Shown here piece after piece: positions 48,061 to 61,160 of a stretch of DNA of 64,000 nucleotides. A program made the position numbers and the translations under genes. The stretch is taken from positions 18,749,811 to 18,813,810 of the forward strand of contig JARFYF010000119.1 of the NCBI GenBank assembly GCA_030265395.1, written 5' to 3'. The notes below the pieces were generated by a model. That model ran no database searches, was not told the DNA's origin, and was given only the letters and a program-made list of their open reading frames with translations. Origin of the DNA: Rhina ancylostomus. Lineage: Eukaryota. Numbering within the stretch: the first letter of the stretch is position 1; each line of letters starts with the position of its first letter.

Positions 48061-50724
48061 GCCTCTTTCTCAGCCTCTCTGAAACACTAATAATTGCTTT
48101 CACCAGTTTTCTTCTATTTATTTGTATTGTCAGCATTGATTGTCCATTCTTGATTACCTCCTCAGTTCTAAGACAATTAAGAGTCAACCATATTTGTTTG
48201 TGGGAAATCACAATTTGAGCAGGGGAGGAGATTTCCTTAGTATACTAATGAACTATTCAACAGTTTTCAGTAGTTTTTATGAAAATCCAGTAGCTTCATG
48301 GTTACTGTTACTGATTTAATTTCATTTAAAAAAAATTTTTTAAATTCCATTTAGTATAGTATATAGTAAAAACATAGGAATTCCCATTAAATAGTATTTA
48401 ATCCTTTAAATTTCCCTGCTGCCATGAAGGGATTCAATCATGTTCTAGATCAGAGACCCAGAAATTTGGCTCCAGTAAATTAATCACCATATCCCTATTT
48501 CAGTGCTCTCATTGGCAGGCTGTCATTGCTCATCCTCTGTAAACTTTAACTTTGTCACAAATCTATTGTATGTATTAAGTATGACAAGATGTCTTACTTG
48601 CCCATCATCCCTGTTGTTACTAATATTTACTCATAATCACCTTCAATTTAAAATTCCAGCCGCATCTTCATATCCATTGGAATATTCATTTACTTTATCT
48701 GCACAGACCTCCACTCTTACATTCTTCTTTCCAGCTTGCAAATACCTTTTCCTCAAATTTTTCTCATTCTTCCAATTCTCCTTGTTAATGTGACCAAATG
48801 AAAGGTCATTCCTTCCAACCTTTTCTATTATTTATTTGCTGTAGAACATTCATTATATTAAAAACAAATATATAAAAATTGTAGTTGATTCTATGCTCAA
48901 ATAAAGGAAGCAGAAAGCTTTACAAAATATTTAAAAAGTTAGTAGACTTCAGCATTAAACTAAAGACAAGCCAAAGCCATTTTTTTTCTGAACAAAAACA
49001 AGCAAATAAAATCTTCATTGTAAGATTACTAGGGACCAGTGAAATAAAGACTTTTCAAAAATCTATTTGAAAAGGTTGAAATAAAGTAATGGACTAATTA
49101 AGATTAATTATGGTAATCTAGAATTCAGAGTAATGTTATCAAATGCCTTTCTGAATAGTTCTTTTCCATTTATCTTTCTGCATCAAAGTGGTAGAAAAAG
49201 CAGACTGTAAGAAATTGTAAAGAAGCTAGACCATATGCAGTAAATGACAAGCAAGAGCAAATTGTATTTAACTGGAAGAATAAGTTTAGGGATGGTATCT
49301 TTATTCAAAGTACTCAATGCAATATTAAAGTTCATGGGAAATTCACTTGGTAGTTTGCAAATTTCTGTTTTCTTGCTGGCATAACAGTTAAGGTATGTTT
49401 TCCTGATAGAATCCACTGGCTAAATTAATTTTGAAGAATGTACCTCAAGGATCTCTATCCTGCAAACAGAAGCAGCTGTTACTTCAGACTAACTCAAGAA
49501 TTGTCTGATCACAGATAACCATTCTTTTTGGGAACTTTGCTTTCCAACTGGGTGAAAACATGTGACTAATATTTTGTTTTAGTAAATGTAAGAAATCTTT
49601 TGGCCCTGTATATACTGAATTATCTTGTTAGCAATGGCAGTTGGATGACCATTCATTATTGCTTAAACCTGATAAGAACTCTTTGAACTTAATTTTTGAA
49701 TACAAGCCTCAATTTACAATATTTATAAAGTTGTCATGGTAAACTGGGCCAGCCAGTATTGCTTTTACAGTATATTTTGAAAGAATGGAAACCAGATGGA
49801 TAGAATTCACACAGAACTTCTCCAGTTGCCTGACATAAATTCAGTTGGAGAAGCCCCATAATAATTTTCCTCCATTCATGTTATGTAATGTACTTTTGAG
49901 CCTTTTCAGCTAAGTATAACATTATGATCTTTTGGAATGTTTCACCATTAAAAATGGAATAGTATGGAACATACTTTGTTTAAAAATGATAATGATGAGT
50001 ATGGGTTGAGTTTTACATAATCCTATATGACAGACTAATTGTTGTGTCTTCTTACTCAGAGAGAGAGGTTGTATGGAAGTGGACGGGGTTTATGTTTTGC
50101 TTACCAAAAGATGGCTACGAATCATCATGGAATTGCTGGCTGAATGACTGTGGTAAATCAAGTCCTGAACTCGCTTGGAAGGTGCTTATATTCTGTTTAA
50201 TATTTCTAAACATATCTACTGGACTTTTGGATCTTTATGGGAAGAACTCATCCAACTTTACTCAACAGCTGGAAGATTTTTTTTCAGTGATGAGGTTCAT
50301 GATTAATTTCCTTTGATTCTAATTAATCAAGATGGTGAAGTACCACATTTGTAAAACAGCACTTTTGGTAGAGTTTGTGCACTTGAAATAAATTGAAAAT
50401 GGGTTAACAAAGAATTTTTTATGTAGCAAATGCACTGTATAGAAAGGATGATTGTTATTCTAATTCTCTCTTTTAAGAAATGGTTATTGAACAGGCCCAT
50501 TTCACATTTTGGAAATATCAAGATATTCAAGGTCATGCCTAAAAATCTTGTTGCTTTAAATACATCATATACTGTTAATCATTCTACTCTAATCTCAAAC
50601 ATTTTAAGTTTGCAATTATGAGCCATGCCTTTTACTACAATGTTTATCATCTAGGAATGTAAAAAGGTGAATTTCATATCTCCTAACTGGGCCATGCTCC
50701 TCCTTTGATGTTATTCTTTAAGTA

Positions 50725-51922
50725 CATAGAACCATAGAACACTACAGCACAGAAAACAGGCCATTGGGCCCTTCTAGTCTGTGCCAAAACTTTATTTGCT
50801 AGTCCCATTTACCTGTACCCAGTCCAAAACCCTCCAGATCTCTCCCATCCATGTATCTATCCAATTTCTTCTCAAAACTCGAGTGAGCCTGCAGTTACTA
50901 CATCAGATGGCGGCTTGTTCCACACTCCCACCACTCTTTGAGTGAAGAAGTTACCCTTAATGTTCCCCCTAAACATTTCCCCTTTCACCCTAAAGCCATG
51001 TCCTCTCGTACTTATCTCTCCTAATCTAGGTGGAAAGAGCCTACTTGCATTANNNNNNNNNNNNNNNNNNNNNNNNNNNNNNNNNNNNNNNNNNNNNNNN
51101 NNNNNNNNNNNNNNNNNNNNNNNNNNNNNNNNNNNNNNNNNNNNNNNNNNNNCTAATGACCTTATGGTCACTGGACCCAAAATGCTCATCTACACACACT
51201 TGTCACCTGACCTGTCTGATACCCTAATAGGAGATCAAGTATTGCATTCTCTCTCACTGGTACCTCTATATATAGATTTAGAAAACTTTCCTGAACACAT
51301 TTGACAAACTCCAAGCCATCCGGCTCTTTCACAGTGTGGGAACCCCAGTCAATATGTGGAAAGTTGAAATCCCCTACTATTACGAATTTCTGTTTCTTAC
51401 ATCAGTCTGCTATCTCACTACAGATTTATTCCTCCAATTCTCTCTGACTATTGGGCAGATTAGTGTGTCACACTAGTGTGTCACTAACCCAATTAGTGTG
51501 GTCACATTTTCCTATTCCTCAGCTCCACCCATTTGGCCTCTGTAGACAAGCCTTCTGGGCTGTCCTGTCTACGCACAGCTGTGATACTTTCCCTGACTAG
51601 TAATGCCACTCCTTCCCTTTCATCCCTCCCCCTCTATCACATCTGAAACAACTGAACCCCGGAACATTAAGCTGCCAGTCCTGCCCCTCCTGCAACCAAG
51701 TCTCACTAAGAACGATAATGTCCTAATCCCACATGCCAATCCACACCCTTAACTCATCTGCCTTACCTACAATACTTCTTGCATTGAAATAGGTGCATCT
51801 GAGAACATTTCTATCACGTACAAAGCTTTGATTTCTATCTATACCTGCAGTTCTCGCATGACCTTTTTCCTCCTCCACCTCACTATCTGCTCTAACACTC
51901 TGGTTCCACTCCCCCTGCAAAT
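50725..51922 (-). mobile_element. CR1 LINE: 3' end and APE endonuclease start across a 100-N gap
   Basis: GNFFTQRVVGVWN; LRCTYFNARSIVGKADELRVWI; IVVGDFNFPHIDW at about 51345-51385. Confidence 0.93.
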
Positions 51923-54900
51923 GCATGATAAGATTATCTCAGTTATCTAATGAGAAAAATGACAGCCAGGATTCCTTTTAGAAATGTTAAGGAGTCATAC
52001 TATCTTGTCCTTCCTGTGCTATCAATGCTGCTTCCTGAATAGCTCAGTTATTTTCTGAAAAGGGGTTTATCAACTCTTGTGATGTGTTTTCAGTAGCCAT
52101 TTTTATGGTATGTTGGGATTTGAAACAAGCGAGACTTGGTATATTTCACTGTTGTGTATTGGAAGATGCATCATCATCCTTTACATATGATAGTGTAAAC
52201 TAATTTGTAATAAGAAATTTGAATATATAGGTCTGGAGACCCAAATAGAGTACTGAACCGAAGAGCAGATAAGCATGAAAAGGTCTAAATAAAGGTCTAC
52301 ATCTACTGATAAGATCTCGCAATATAGCCTCTGTAACACTTCTGCCCCTAAAATCATGAGATTATATGTAGACAGCAAGTAATAGGGCATTCAGTATGAA
52401 ATCCGGAAACCAATTTCAAGGCTTCATAAATTATATGTAACACCTCTATTCATTGTCCTTCCAAGGTTAATCTCCCATTGCCTTCAGTTTGTAGAGTATG
52501 TGGTAAAATGGGAAATAAGTGATAATAGTCACTTCATTACAAATTGATTACTAATAATTTGCGTGACTTAGAACACATGAATTCGTGTGGCTAACTTCAG
52601 TGAAGTGGACACTTTTGCATCAAGGGTTTTAAACTTTGAATTAATAGATTAAAATGTCATTTTATGTGAATTATGATCTCAAAATGAAAAGAAGTATGAA
52701 TATGTAGCATGCTCTGCTTGAAATTTAAATTGTCACCAGCTAGTCAGTAATATCACAATTACCAATTCAGCTACCAGAGCAGGCCAGCAGATAAACTATA
52801 CTGTTTAAAAAGCTCTGTATAGATCAAAAGGCTAAAAGGAATGAGCTGGCATGATAAGTGTTGCTTTCTGCGGAACTTGAGGATTTGACTACGTTGGGTA
52901 GTAACTCATAGCTTTTTGTGAACTGTTTCCTCAGTAAATTCTCCACAGTCACTGTTTGTGGAGAAATTGTACCTCAAGAACCAGAACAAAAATTTTGAAT
53001 CTTTCAATGAAGGGCTCATTCATTCAGCTACAATTTGGCTGGTTTAATAAATCCAAATTTTTACTCCTGATCTTGCTGTCTGAATTCTGCAACACTGATT
53101 GACTCAAATTGTATCCATGAACAGTGCAAGAGATTCTTTGGATTCTCTAAGCTGACTGTCACCAAAAGAGTGATGAAGGCATTAGCAGTGTTTAGAGTTA
53201 CTGATGTTTTAATTTATATAGCTTGACTACCTCTCCCAAAATAATTATGCCATTATTGCAGAATAACTGAGACATCATCATCTTGTGGCATTCTCTACAT
53301 GTATAAATGTTTGCAAGGTTTTCACCCTCGCCACTCTTCTAAATCCAAGAGTGAATTCCATGTAATGATTTTCTTGTGAAGAAAACTTCTTAATCAGTCC
53401 TAAATTTATCCTTATCTAGTAAGCTCCTGTGGTTCTTTCTCCCATTCTCCCATGATTTAATTAATTTTCCAGATTTACCTTTTTTAAACTGTTTATAATA
53501 TTGCAAAGTATTCATGAGACCTTTTGTATCTTTCTAGTCTTGTGCACTTAATTTTTTACTTTTATTCCTCATAATGAAGACCTTAAGATGAAGGTTCTAC
53601 TTTTTGATTCTTCAGCATTGCCTCTAGCAGAAATTGCATATGACCTCTCTCACTTCCCTAGGTTAGCTTCATTTGATCATGTAGACATTTACTTTGTGAA
53701 GAAGACATCCTCCTCAAAAGACTCCCCCAGTCTTTCAGTCAAGCTGTACATTGGTAGTTGACTGACAAAAATAAAATAAATGAGCCATACCATTAAAAAC
53801 TGCACCATGTTTCAGAAATTCCTTCTTCTGAATATCCCAATCTTAAATCCACTCACCAGCAAAGAATTCACCCCATCCCCCAAGTCTAAAGTAAAGTCTA
53901 TGCAGTTGAATCAGCCCAGAACTTCCAGTGCCATATTTGCTAATGTGTAAACCAACCCAATATACACACAAACAAAAACTAGCATATCCGACATTCTATC
54001 CTACCTGCTACTGTTTGCAAACTATCTGCTGCCTCCCAACCCCGACACATAGACACTCTACGCCGCTATCCAACATACAATTTCAGACATTCTATCTACA
54101 AATTGCTATCACCAAATTATTTCAATATTGTATAGCAAAATGTAATTTTCTTAACCAAGTATTTTAAGTTCCCCACAAAACTCTATTAGCAATCTTCATT
54201 CATTTGATGGCAAAAGCATCTATGATGGTTCAAGATATAAAAGGTTTACTCTTACAATAAAAGTTCTAGAAATGCTGCCTGAGTACTGTCCTTAACTGAT
54301 AAAAGATGCATTTGAGATAGAACACTTGTTTAAAGCAAAATCATGCCTTAATCTTTTAAATTTATTCTCAATTAAATGTTGTAGTAAAAGTTCAAGAAAT
54401 ATTATTCCAGGTGTTAGTCTGTGGCCAAACAGTGTTGTCTTGATGGTGAACAAATGAGAAAAGATTTGATCTTGATGGGTTTGCTTTACAGACTCATTGG
54501 TTTGTGCACTGGAATGAAATATGGCATAATAATCTTTATTTAACATTCGTCAATCTTTAGCAATGTGACAGCAGGGCACTTGGAAAGCACTAAGATTTGG
54601 TAAGGTCACCACAATTTATGAAAGAGGAATAGTTTTTAATAAATCAAGAGTTTTTTAAGGCTGTAACTATCAGGATAGCTAAAGTGAACCAGTGGATGTG
54701 GTACGTTTGAATTTTGGAAGGCATTTGGAATGGGAAATACGGTTGTTTCATGAAATTATCATGTTGGTGGTATTATATTTAATGACTGAATTGTCCTGGA
54801 TCCACTACCCACACTTGCCACCTGTCTGCATTTATTTTTTCCAGATGTAGAGGATGCATGAGCAGACGCATACAAAACTAATAGGTATCTTTTGTAACAG

Positions 54901-54994
54901 AAGGGGGCCCCATCAGGTATGAGTGTTGCTCCCAGAACCTTGACGGCCTTTGTCACTGCACCAGTTATAACGCAGAATGCAGAAGAATTGCTCA

Positions 54995-55225
54995 GGGAAC
55001 ACCCCCCTCACCTTGATCCACCTGCCAGTGCTTGTACCATCTTTTCCCTCCACCTTTTTATACCAGCTATCTCCTCTCTTTCTTTCCTGTCCCGATGAAG
55101 GGTCTCAGCCCAAAACATTGACTGTCCATTTTCTTCTATCAATACTGCCTGACCTGCTGACTTCCTCCAGCTTTTTGTGTGTTGCTCCGGATTTCCAGCA
55201 TTTGCAGTCTCTTGTGCCTCCACTC
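54995..55225 (+). mobile_element. Penelope-derived 3' segment with mutated hammerhead
   Basis: ctgtc-ccgatga-agggtctcagccc-aaaa-cattgactg (55087-55124) plus tail. Confidence 0.8.
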
Positions 55226-56758
55226 TACTTGTTCACGCTGTTTTAAGGCAGAACTTTTATTGCAATTGGAAAGTGAATCATAAGTATTATCTAACATATT
55301 CTTTTTTGCATATGGCATCAACAAAAGCATCCAGAAGAATGTCTGGGATGACATGATTCACTGTATCTGTATTAAAGTTTTTAATCATATCCCATAACAT
55401 TTGATTTATCCTGGAATAACTGGTTACTGTTACCTGAGCCAGATCTTGAAACTTTAGTTTACTTATTACAACTGTTGTCGCTTTTCATCAACTTGTAAAT
55501 AATTGTATTACCACTCAATGAAAACAAATAATATAAGTTCAAACTTCTCTCTCGCATATGGTTCTAGTATTGGATCATAATATGCTACTCTTTAACCTTG
55601 TCTAACACTTTTTTGGACTTGCATATTCATTTGAACCAAAACTTGATTAATTTTTCTATTAAACTCTCCTGATCTACTACTTGATGTACCTTAAACAAAT
55701 TTAGACATGGCACAGGGAAGAGTAATCAAATGACTCAGTGAGTACTTTCCAAATGGACTGTCATAGTAATTTCTCTTAGTGGACAACTGTGGTAATTCAC
55801 TTCGATATAGAATACAACTTTAATTTAGTGAGGATGATGCTATCAGGGATATGTGCTCAAATTATCCAGTTGTTCATATCAAATATGCAGAACAGTTTTG
55901 GTCACCATTTCCTAATGGATGCCTGTTGTGGAGTTGGTTCTAAGTTTACTCTTCAATCAATAATTGAAAATGTCCTCAAACAAGGATGAAGAGGCTGTAG
56001 ATTTTTATCACTTGCACATTTTCCATATTCGATATGTTACTACAGAGGACAGAAAGGTATGGCAGCATTATTGGTACCAGCATTTTACCAGCTTCATAAT
56101 AAATGAATTCTAGCTGCATTTAGAATTAATATGCACTTCATGTTTAATGGATAAATTTGACTGGCTAAATTTAGAAAAAAAATTGGACTTCTTCTAGATA
56201 ATTGCAAGAATTTTGGTTATATTCAAGTTAAGATTATTTTAACAGTAAACTGGTTATGAGTGCTGCCTGATCATAATGTGGAAAAATATCCACAGACTGT
56301 AAGGTCTTACCCCACAAGTGTTATGTGTCTGACAGCTTAGAAAGATCAGTAGAAATGAGGGGTAAGCAAACAACTGATCTATATCTGTTATTTAAATAAT
56401 CCTCAAGTCCTAGTCTTGAATAATTTTGTACACTATAGTGATAAGTAATACTAAGCTCAACAAGTTTGTTTGAAAATGAATTGGTGTGTAAGGGAAATGT
56501 GTAAGATCAAAACATTTTCAAATGACATGAAACTTCTCATTGGAGGTTCTATAAACCAAATTTGTTTGAAACTGGCTTGCAGTTTTAAAATATTGATACC
56601 CCTTTATTTTTTATAAAATTTTGAATTATTCTTATTAATAATTTGTACACATGACAACCTTCTCAATAACATTGATGTGAGGAATTTCAGCCTCTTCTGT
56701 CAGTTATGACCTTTCTTTGCCTTTCAATTTACAAGATTTTCATTTTGCATTTTTCCAG

Positions 56759-56779
56759 ATTGATGTGAAGTGGTACTAA
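56759..56779 (+). CDS. C8orf88: Candidate terminal coding exon of C8orf88 (D-stop after the micro-exon, or IDVKWY-stop if it is skipped)
   Basis: Strong acceptor ttttcattttgcatttttccag; TGA at 56761-56763 (phase 1 entry) and TAA at 56777-56779 (phase 0 entry); AT-rich unique sequence follows. Confidence 0.5.
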   Translation: MDVKWY

Positions 56780-57530
56780 TGATGTAAAAATTTCTTCAGC
56801 CAAAATACACATATGGTTTTCAAATTATTCATGGATATAATGATAAGCAATACCATTCATGTGGGTAGGAATGTTTTTGTATAGTTTCTGCTGTTCCATT
56901 AAATGTCATATTTTGATTATGGATGACTAATTCCTTGATGTTTGGACATAATTTTGTTAAATATTCAGTTCATTGAGAGTGAAGGGTATTAAAATATTGT
57001 CAATCTTGCCTTGGAGCTGTGAGGACTTTATCTCTTAGCTTGGCTTTATGCAAACAGTCTCATGGGCTTAAATTCATTTGCTTAGTTTGCTATTGGACTG
57101 TTTACCACGTGAAGTAACTTAACTCATTCTGACACATGATCATTATCATTAGAAATTTTGGTATTTCATTTTGTTGCGGTATTCCTTACTGAAATTTTTA
57201 TTATTTGTAATCTTTTATCTACCACTTATTTATCACTTTGATCTATGAAATGGCCTGCCAAGGGATTATATTAGCAATGCAAGAGAATTAAGCAAACTGT
57301 GAGGGGGAAGGGGGGGGAGCACTGGTGTGTGATTATTATTACGGTCTTTGATTTTTCCTAAACATTGGGACCAGCCGTACATGCCACAAGGGTTTCCTCT
57401 AATCCTGTGCATTTGAATGATTCATATTGTGTAGTAAAATATGTTACTCTTATATTTTTGATTTAAAACCTTTTTCTATTAAGAAAATGTGCACAAATTC
57501 TAATGTTTTAAAATTTGTTTAAGAATTGTA
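56780..57530 (+). other. Putative 3' UTR of C8orf88
   Basis: Repeat-poor U-rich stretch after the candidate stop; ATTAAA at 56898-56903 and 56988-56993. True end unknown. Confidence 0.35.
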
Positions 57531-57673
57531 ATGGCGCTAGTAGGACAAACATTTATCACTTAGTTGACCCATACAAGGTGTTAGTGGGTCATCTTGAACT
57601 GCTGCAGTGTACGTGGTTTCCATAGTACTGTTAATTGTGAATTTCCTGGATTTGGACCCAATAATAAGGAACA

Positions 57674-57776
57674 ATATCACAAAACACTGGAGGATCTCAG
57701 CGGGTCAGGCAGCACCTATAGAGGGAAATGAACAGTCTACATTTTGGGTTGAGACCCTTCATCAGGACCAGAAAGA
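57674..57776 (-). mobile_element. Hammerhead-headed Penelope-derived insert inside an older LINE relic
   Basis: Minus head ggtc-ctgatga-agggtctcaaccc-aaaa-tgta-gactg; flanking aaggaaca at 57666-57673 and 57777-57784. Confidence 0.75.
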
Positions 57777-58229
57777 AAGGAACAGTGATGTATTTTCAAG
57801 TCGGGATGATTTGTGACTTGGGGAAACAAGTAGTGGTAATTTTCCTTATCCTTTTGCCTTCAATCATCTTGATGGTTGAGGTAGGGGGTTTGAAAATGCT
57901 TTGGAAAAAGCCTTGGCAAATTGGGACAATGCAGCTAGTTATAGTACACTAGGGATAGAAAATCTATTCAAAATATTTGATGGAATATTAGTCAAATTGG
58001 CTATTTTCTTGATGTTGTCAAGATTCTTGAGTCCTGTTGCAGTTGCACTCATGTTCATGTGGAAAGCATTCTGAAATATTTCTGCTGTGCCTAACTGCAT
58101 AAAAACAGAATCAGGAGGTGAATTACCCACCTCAGAAAATGCAACCCATTGACTTGCTCTTGTAGTCCATGGTAGTTAACTAGTTAGCCAAGTTAAATTT
58201 CTGGTCAATTGTAATCACTCCAAAGGAAT

Positions 58230-59700
58230 TAAGATAAGAAGTAGTAGGACCAGTATTGCATCATTCAGCCCCTTGAGTCTGCTCCACTATTCGATATGAT
58301 TGTGGCTGAACTGACATTCCTCAAGTCCACTTTCTGTCTGTTCTTTATAACTTAGAATTCTAATCAGTAAGGGAATTCAATCTGTCTCGGCCTTAAGGAA
58401 ATGCCAGGACTCTGCCTCCACAGCCCTTTGTAGTAAGGAGTTCCACAGACTCCCAACACTGTGAGAGAGGAAACTTTTCCTCCTCTTTGTCTTAAATTTG
58501 TGTCCTCCTATTCTGGGACCACGGCTTTAATCCTAGATTTTCCCATAAGAAGAAACATCCCCTCAGCATGTACTCTATCTAGTCCACTAAAAATCTTATA
58601 TGTTTCAATAAGATCACCTCTCATTCTTAGCTTTAATAGAACCATAGAACAATACAGGCCCTTCGGCCCACCGTGTTGTGCTGCCATCAAACTACACCTC
58701 CCACCATCTAACCCTTTCCTCCCACATATACCTCTATCCCGCACTCCTCCAACAACCTCTTGAACCTGTCCAATGTATCCGCCTCCACCACCACCCCAGG
58801 CAGCGCATTCCATGCACCTACCACNNNNNNNNNNNNNNNNNNNNNNNNNNNNNNNNNNNNNNNNNNNNNNNNNNNNNNNNNNNNNNNNNNNNNNNNNNNN
58901 NNNNNNNNNNNNNNNNNNNNNNNNCAACATCCACTCCTGCCCTGACATCAGCCACGTCTCAGTTATAGCCACAATATCAAAGTCTCCCATACTTATCCAA
59001 GCCCTCAGCTTGTCACCCTTATTTCTGATGCTTCTTGCATTTACGTACACGCACTTCAGTCCTTCCACCTTACTACTTTGATAGCCTGTGCTCTGCTTCT
59101 TCCCGAAAGTCTCTCTACCTGTTTGATCAAGCTTTTTCCCCATCCCCTTCTTCCCCTGACCTACTCCTCCAGTTCCCTCCCCCCTCACTAATTAGTTGAA
59201 ACCCTCCCGAACCACCCAAGCAAACCTAGCCGCAACCTATTTAATCTTTCCTTGTAAAATAGCCACTCCATGTTCACAATCATCTCAGTGGACCCTTCTC
59301 TGGATTGCCTATAATAACATAATATCATTCCTTAAAAAGGGGAACCAGAATTGTTTAAAAATACTCTTGATATGATCTCACCAGCACCTTGTACAGTTGC
59401 AGTAACACTTCTCCACTTTTATATTCTTCCTCTCAACCCCTTGAAATAAGGACCAACATTCCATTAGCTTTTGTATGCTGATTTTCTGTGTTTTATGTAC
59501 AAGAACCCCAAACCACTTTTGTGTTGCAGTTTTCTCCAGTTTTTCCTCATTTAAATAATACCGTTGTCGTTCATTCCATTGTGGCTGATATGCGACTTGG
59601 TTTTTGCTCCATATCCGTCAATACCTTTTTAAAATTCCTTCATTTTTTTTCAGATTATAGTCTATTTGCCAACATTTTGACCATTCACCTAATCAGCATT
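58230..59700 (-). mobile_element. Older CR1 3' portion interrupted by a young CR1 (58638-59239)
   Basis: Host RMRGDLIETYKIFSGLDRV; insert has 3' tail at 58638 and endonuclease LKCVYVNARSIRNKGDKL...DIVAITETW; tttaat at 58632-58637 and 59240-59245. Confidence 0.88.
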
Positions 59701-60699
59701 ATGAAAACCAAGGGGAGGTGTAGAGATTTTCTTCTGTTGGAGATAATCATCGTCTGTGAGCCCAAACTTTTATGCCGTCCTTGTCTTGTTCCATGCAGGC
59801 ATTGATTGGATCATTTATCTGAGGAATTTTGAATGAAATTGAATGCTTTCCATTGGCAATTGTAATCACTTCTTAAAGTTCAGATAATTAGCCTCAACTA
59901 AGACAGTAATACATACCCTTTTATTACAAGATGTGATTCCACCCACTGAAGAGCTTTCCCCACAATTTCCTTTGATTTCCAGTTTTACAAGATAGCCTTG
60001 AAGCCACAGTTAGCCATAGCATTTAGTAATATTCTGTTCATATTCTATAGGAACACAACAAAAGAATGGAACATGATCAGACTAATTTGCCTTTCAAGAT
60101 TCATGCACCATTTACTAAGATTGTGGCTGATATGCGACTATTGGTTTTTGCTCCATATCTGTCAATACCTTTTTTAAAATTAATGATTGACTTAGCCATT
60201 TATGAGAATTCCAAACTTCTACCATCCTTTACAGTTAGAAGTGATTTGTAATTTCTCTCCTGTATGGCTTGGCTCAATGTATTGGATCCCTAGAATTGTT
60301 GCAGTTGTTTGTAATTTCCCCTTTGAACCTGATCATATTAATCATAATTAGATAAATTTTCTCTCTCCATAAGATAAGATATCTTTATTAGACATGTGTA
60401 CACCGAAACACACAGTGAAATGCATTTTTTTATGTCCAGTGTTCTGGGGTCAGCCCACAAGTGTTGCCAGGCTTCTGGTGCCAACATAGCATGCCCACAA
60501 CTTCCTAACCCGTATGTCTTTGAAATATGGGAGGAAACTGGACTGCTAACATTGGGCTGCTAACTAAATTTGAGTCATTACTCATCACTAAACCTAAGAC
60601 GCATACTTCTTGTTAGTTCTGAGACAAAGACACTCACGTTTAAATTTGGACCAAAGCTGTAATTATGTATGGAGCCACTTGGTCTAGCAGAACCCCAAG

Positions 60700-61160
60700 G
60701 AAAACCCTAAGGCATTCTACAAGTATGTGAAAAGCAAGAGGATAAGATGCGAAACAATAGGGCCTATCAAGTGCAGCAGTGGGAAAATGTGTATGGATCC
60801 AGAAGAAATAGCGGAGGTACTTAATGAATACTTTACATCAGTATTCACCACAGAAAAAGTTCTTGGTGATTGTAATGACAACTTGCAGCAGGCTGAAAAG
60901 CTTGAGCCTGTAGATATTAGGAAAGAGGAGGTGCCAAAACTTTTGGAAAGCATCAAGTTGGATAANNNNNNNNNNNNNNNNNNNNNNNNNNNNNNNNNNN
61001 NNNNNNNNNNNNNNNNNNNNNNNNNNNNNNNNNNNNNNNNNNNNNNNNNNNNNNNNNNNNNNNNNGGTAAGCCTAGTAATTTCTAGGGTAGGGACATGTT
61101 CAGCACAGCTTTGTGGGCTGAAGGGCCTGAATTGTGCTGTAGGTTTTTCTATGTTTCTAG
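60700..61160 (+). mobile_element. CR1 LINE ORF2 fragment and 3' tail across a 100-N gap
   Basis: NPKAFYKYVKSKRI...IAEVLNEYFTSVFT; tail gggctgaagggcctgaattgtgctgtagg..ttctatgtttcta (same subfamily as 1722-1800). Confidence 0.92.

Noticed and set aside
52939-52965. Hairpin ttctccaca / tgtggagaa
   Set aside because: A 9-bp stem is within chance expectation for 64 kb; no supporting context.
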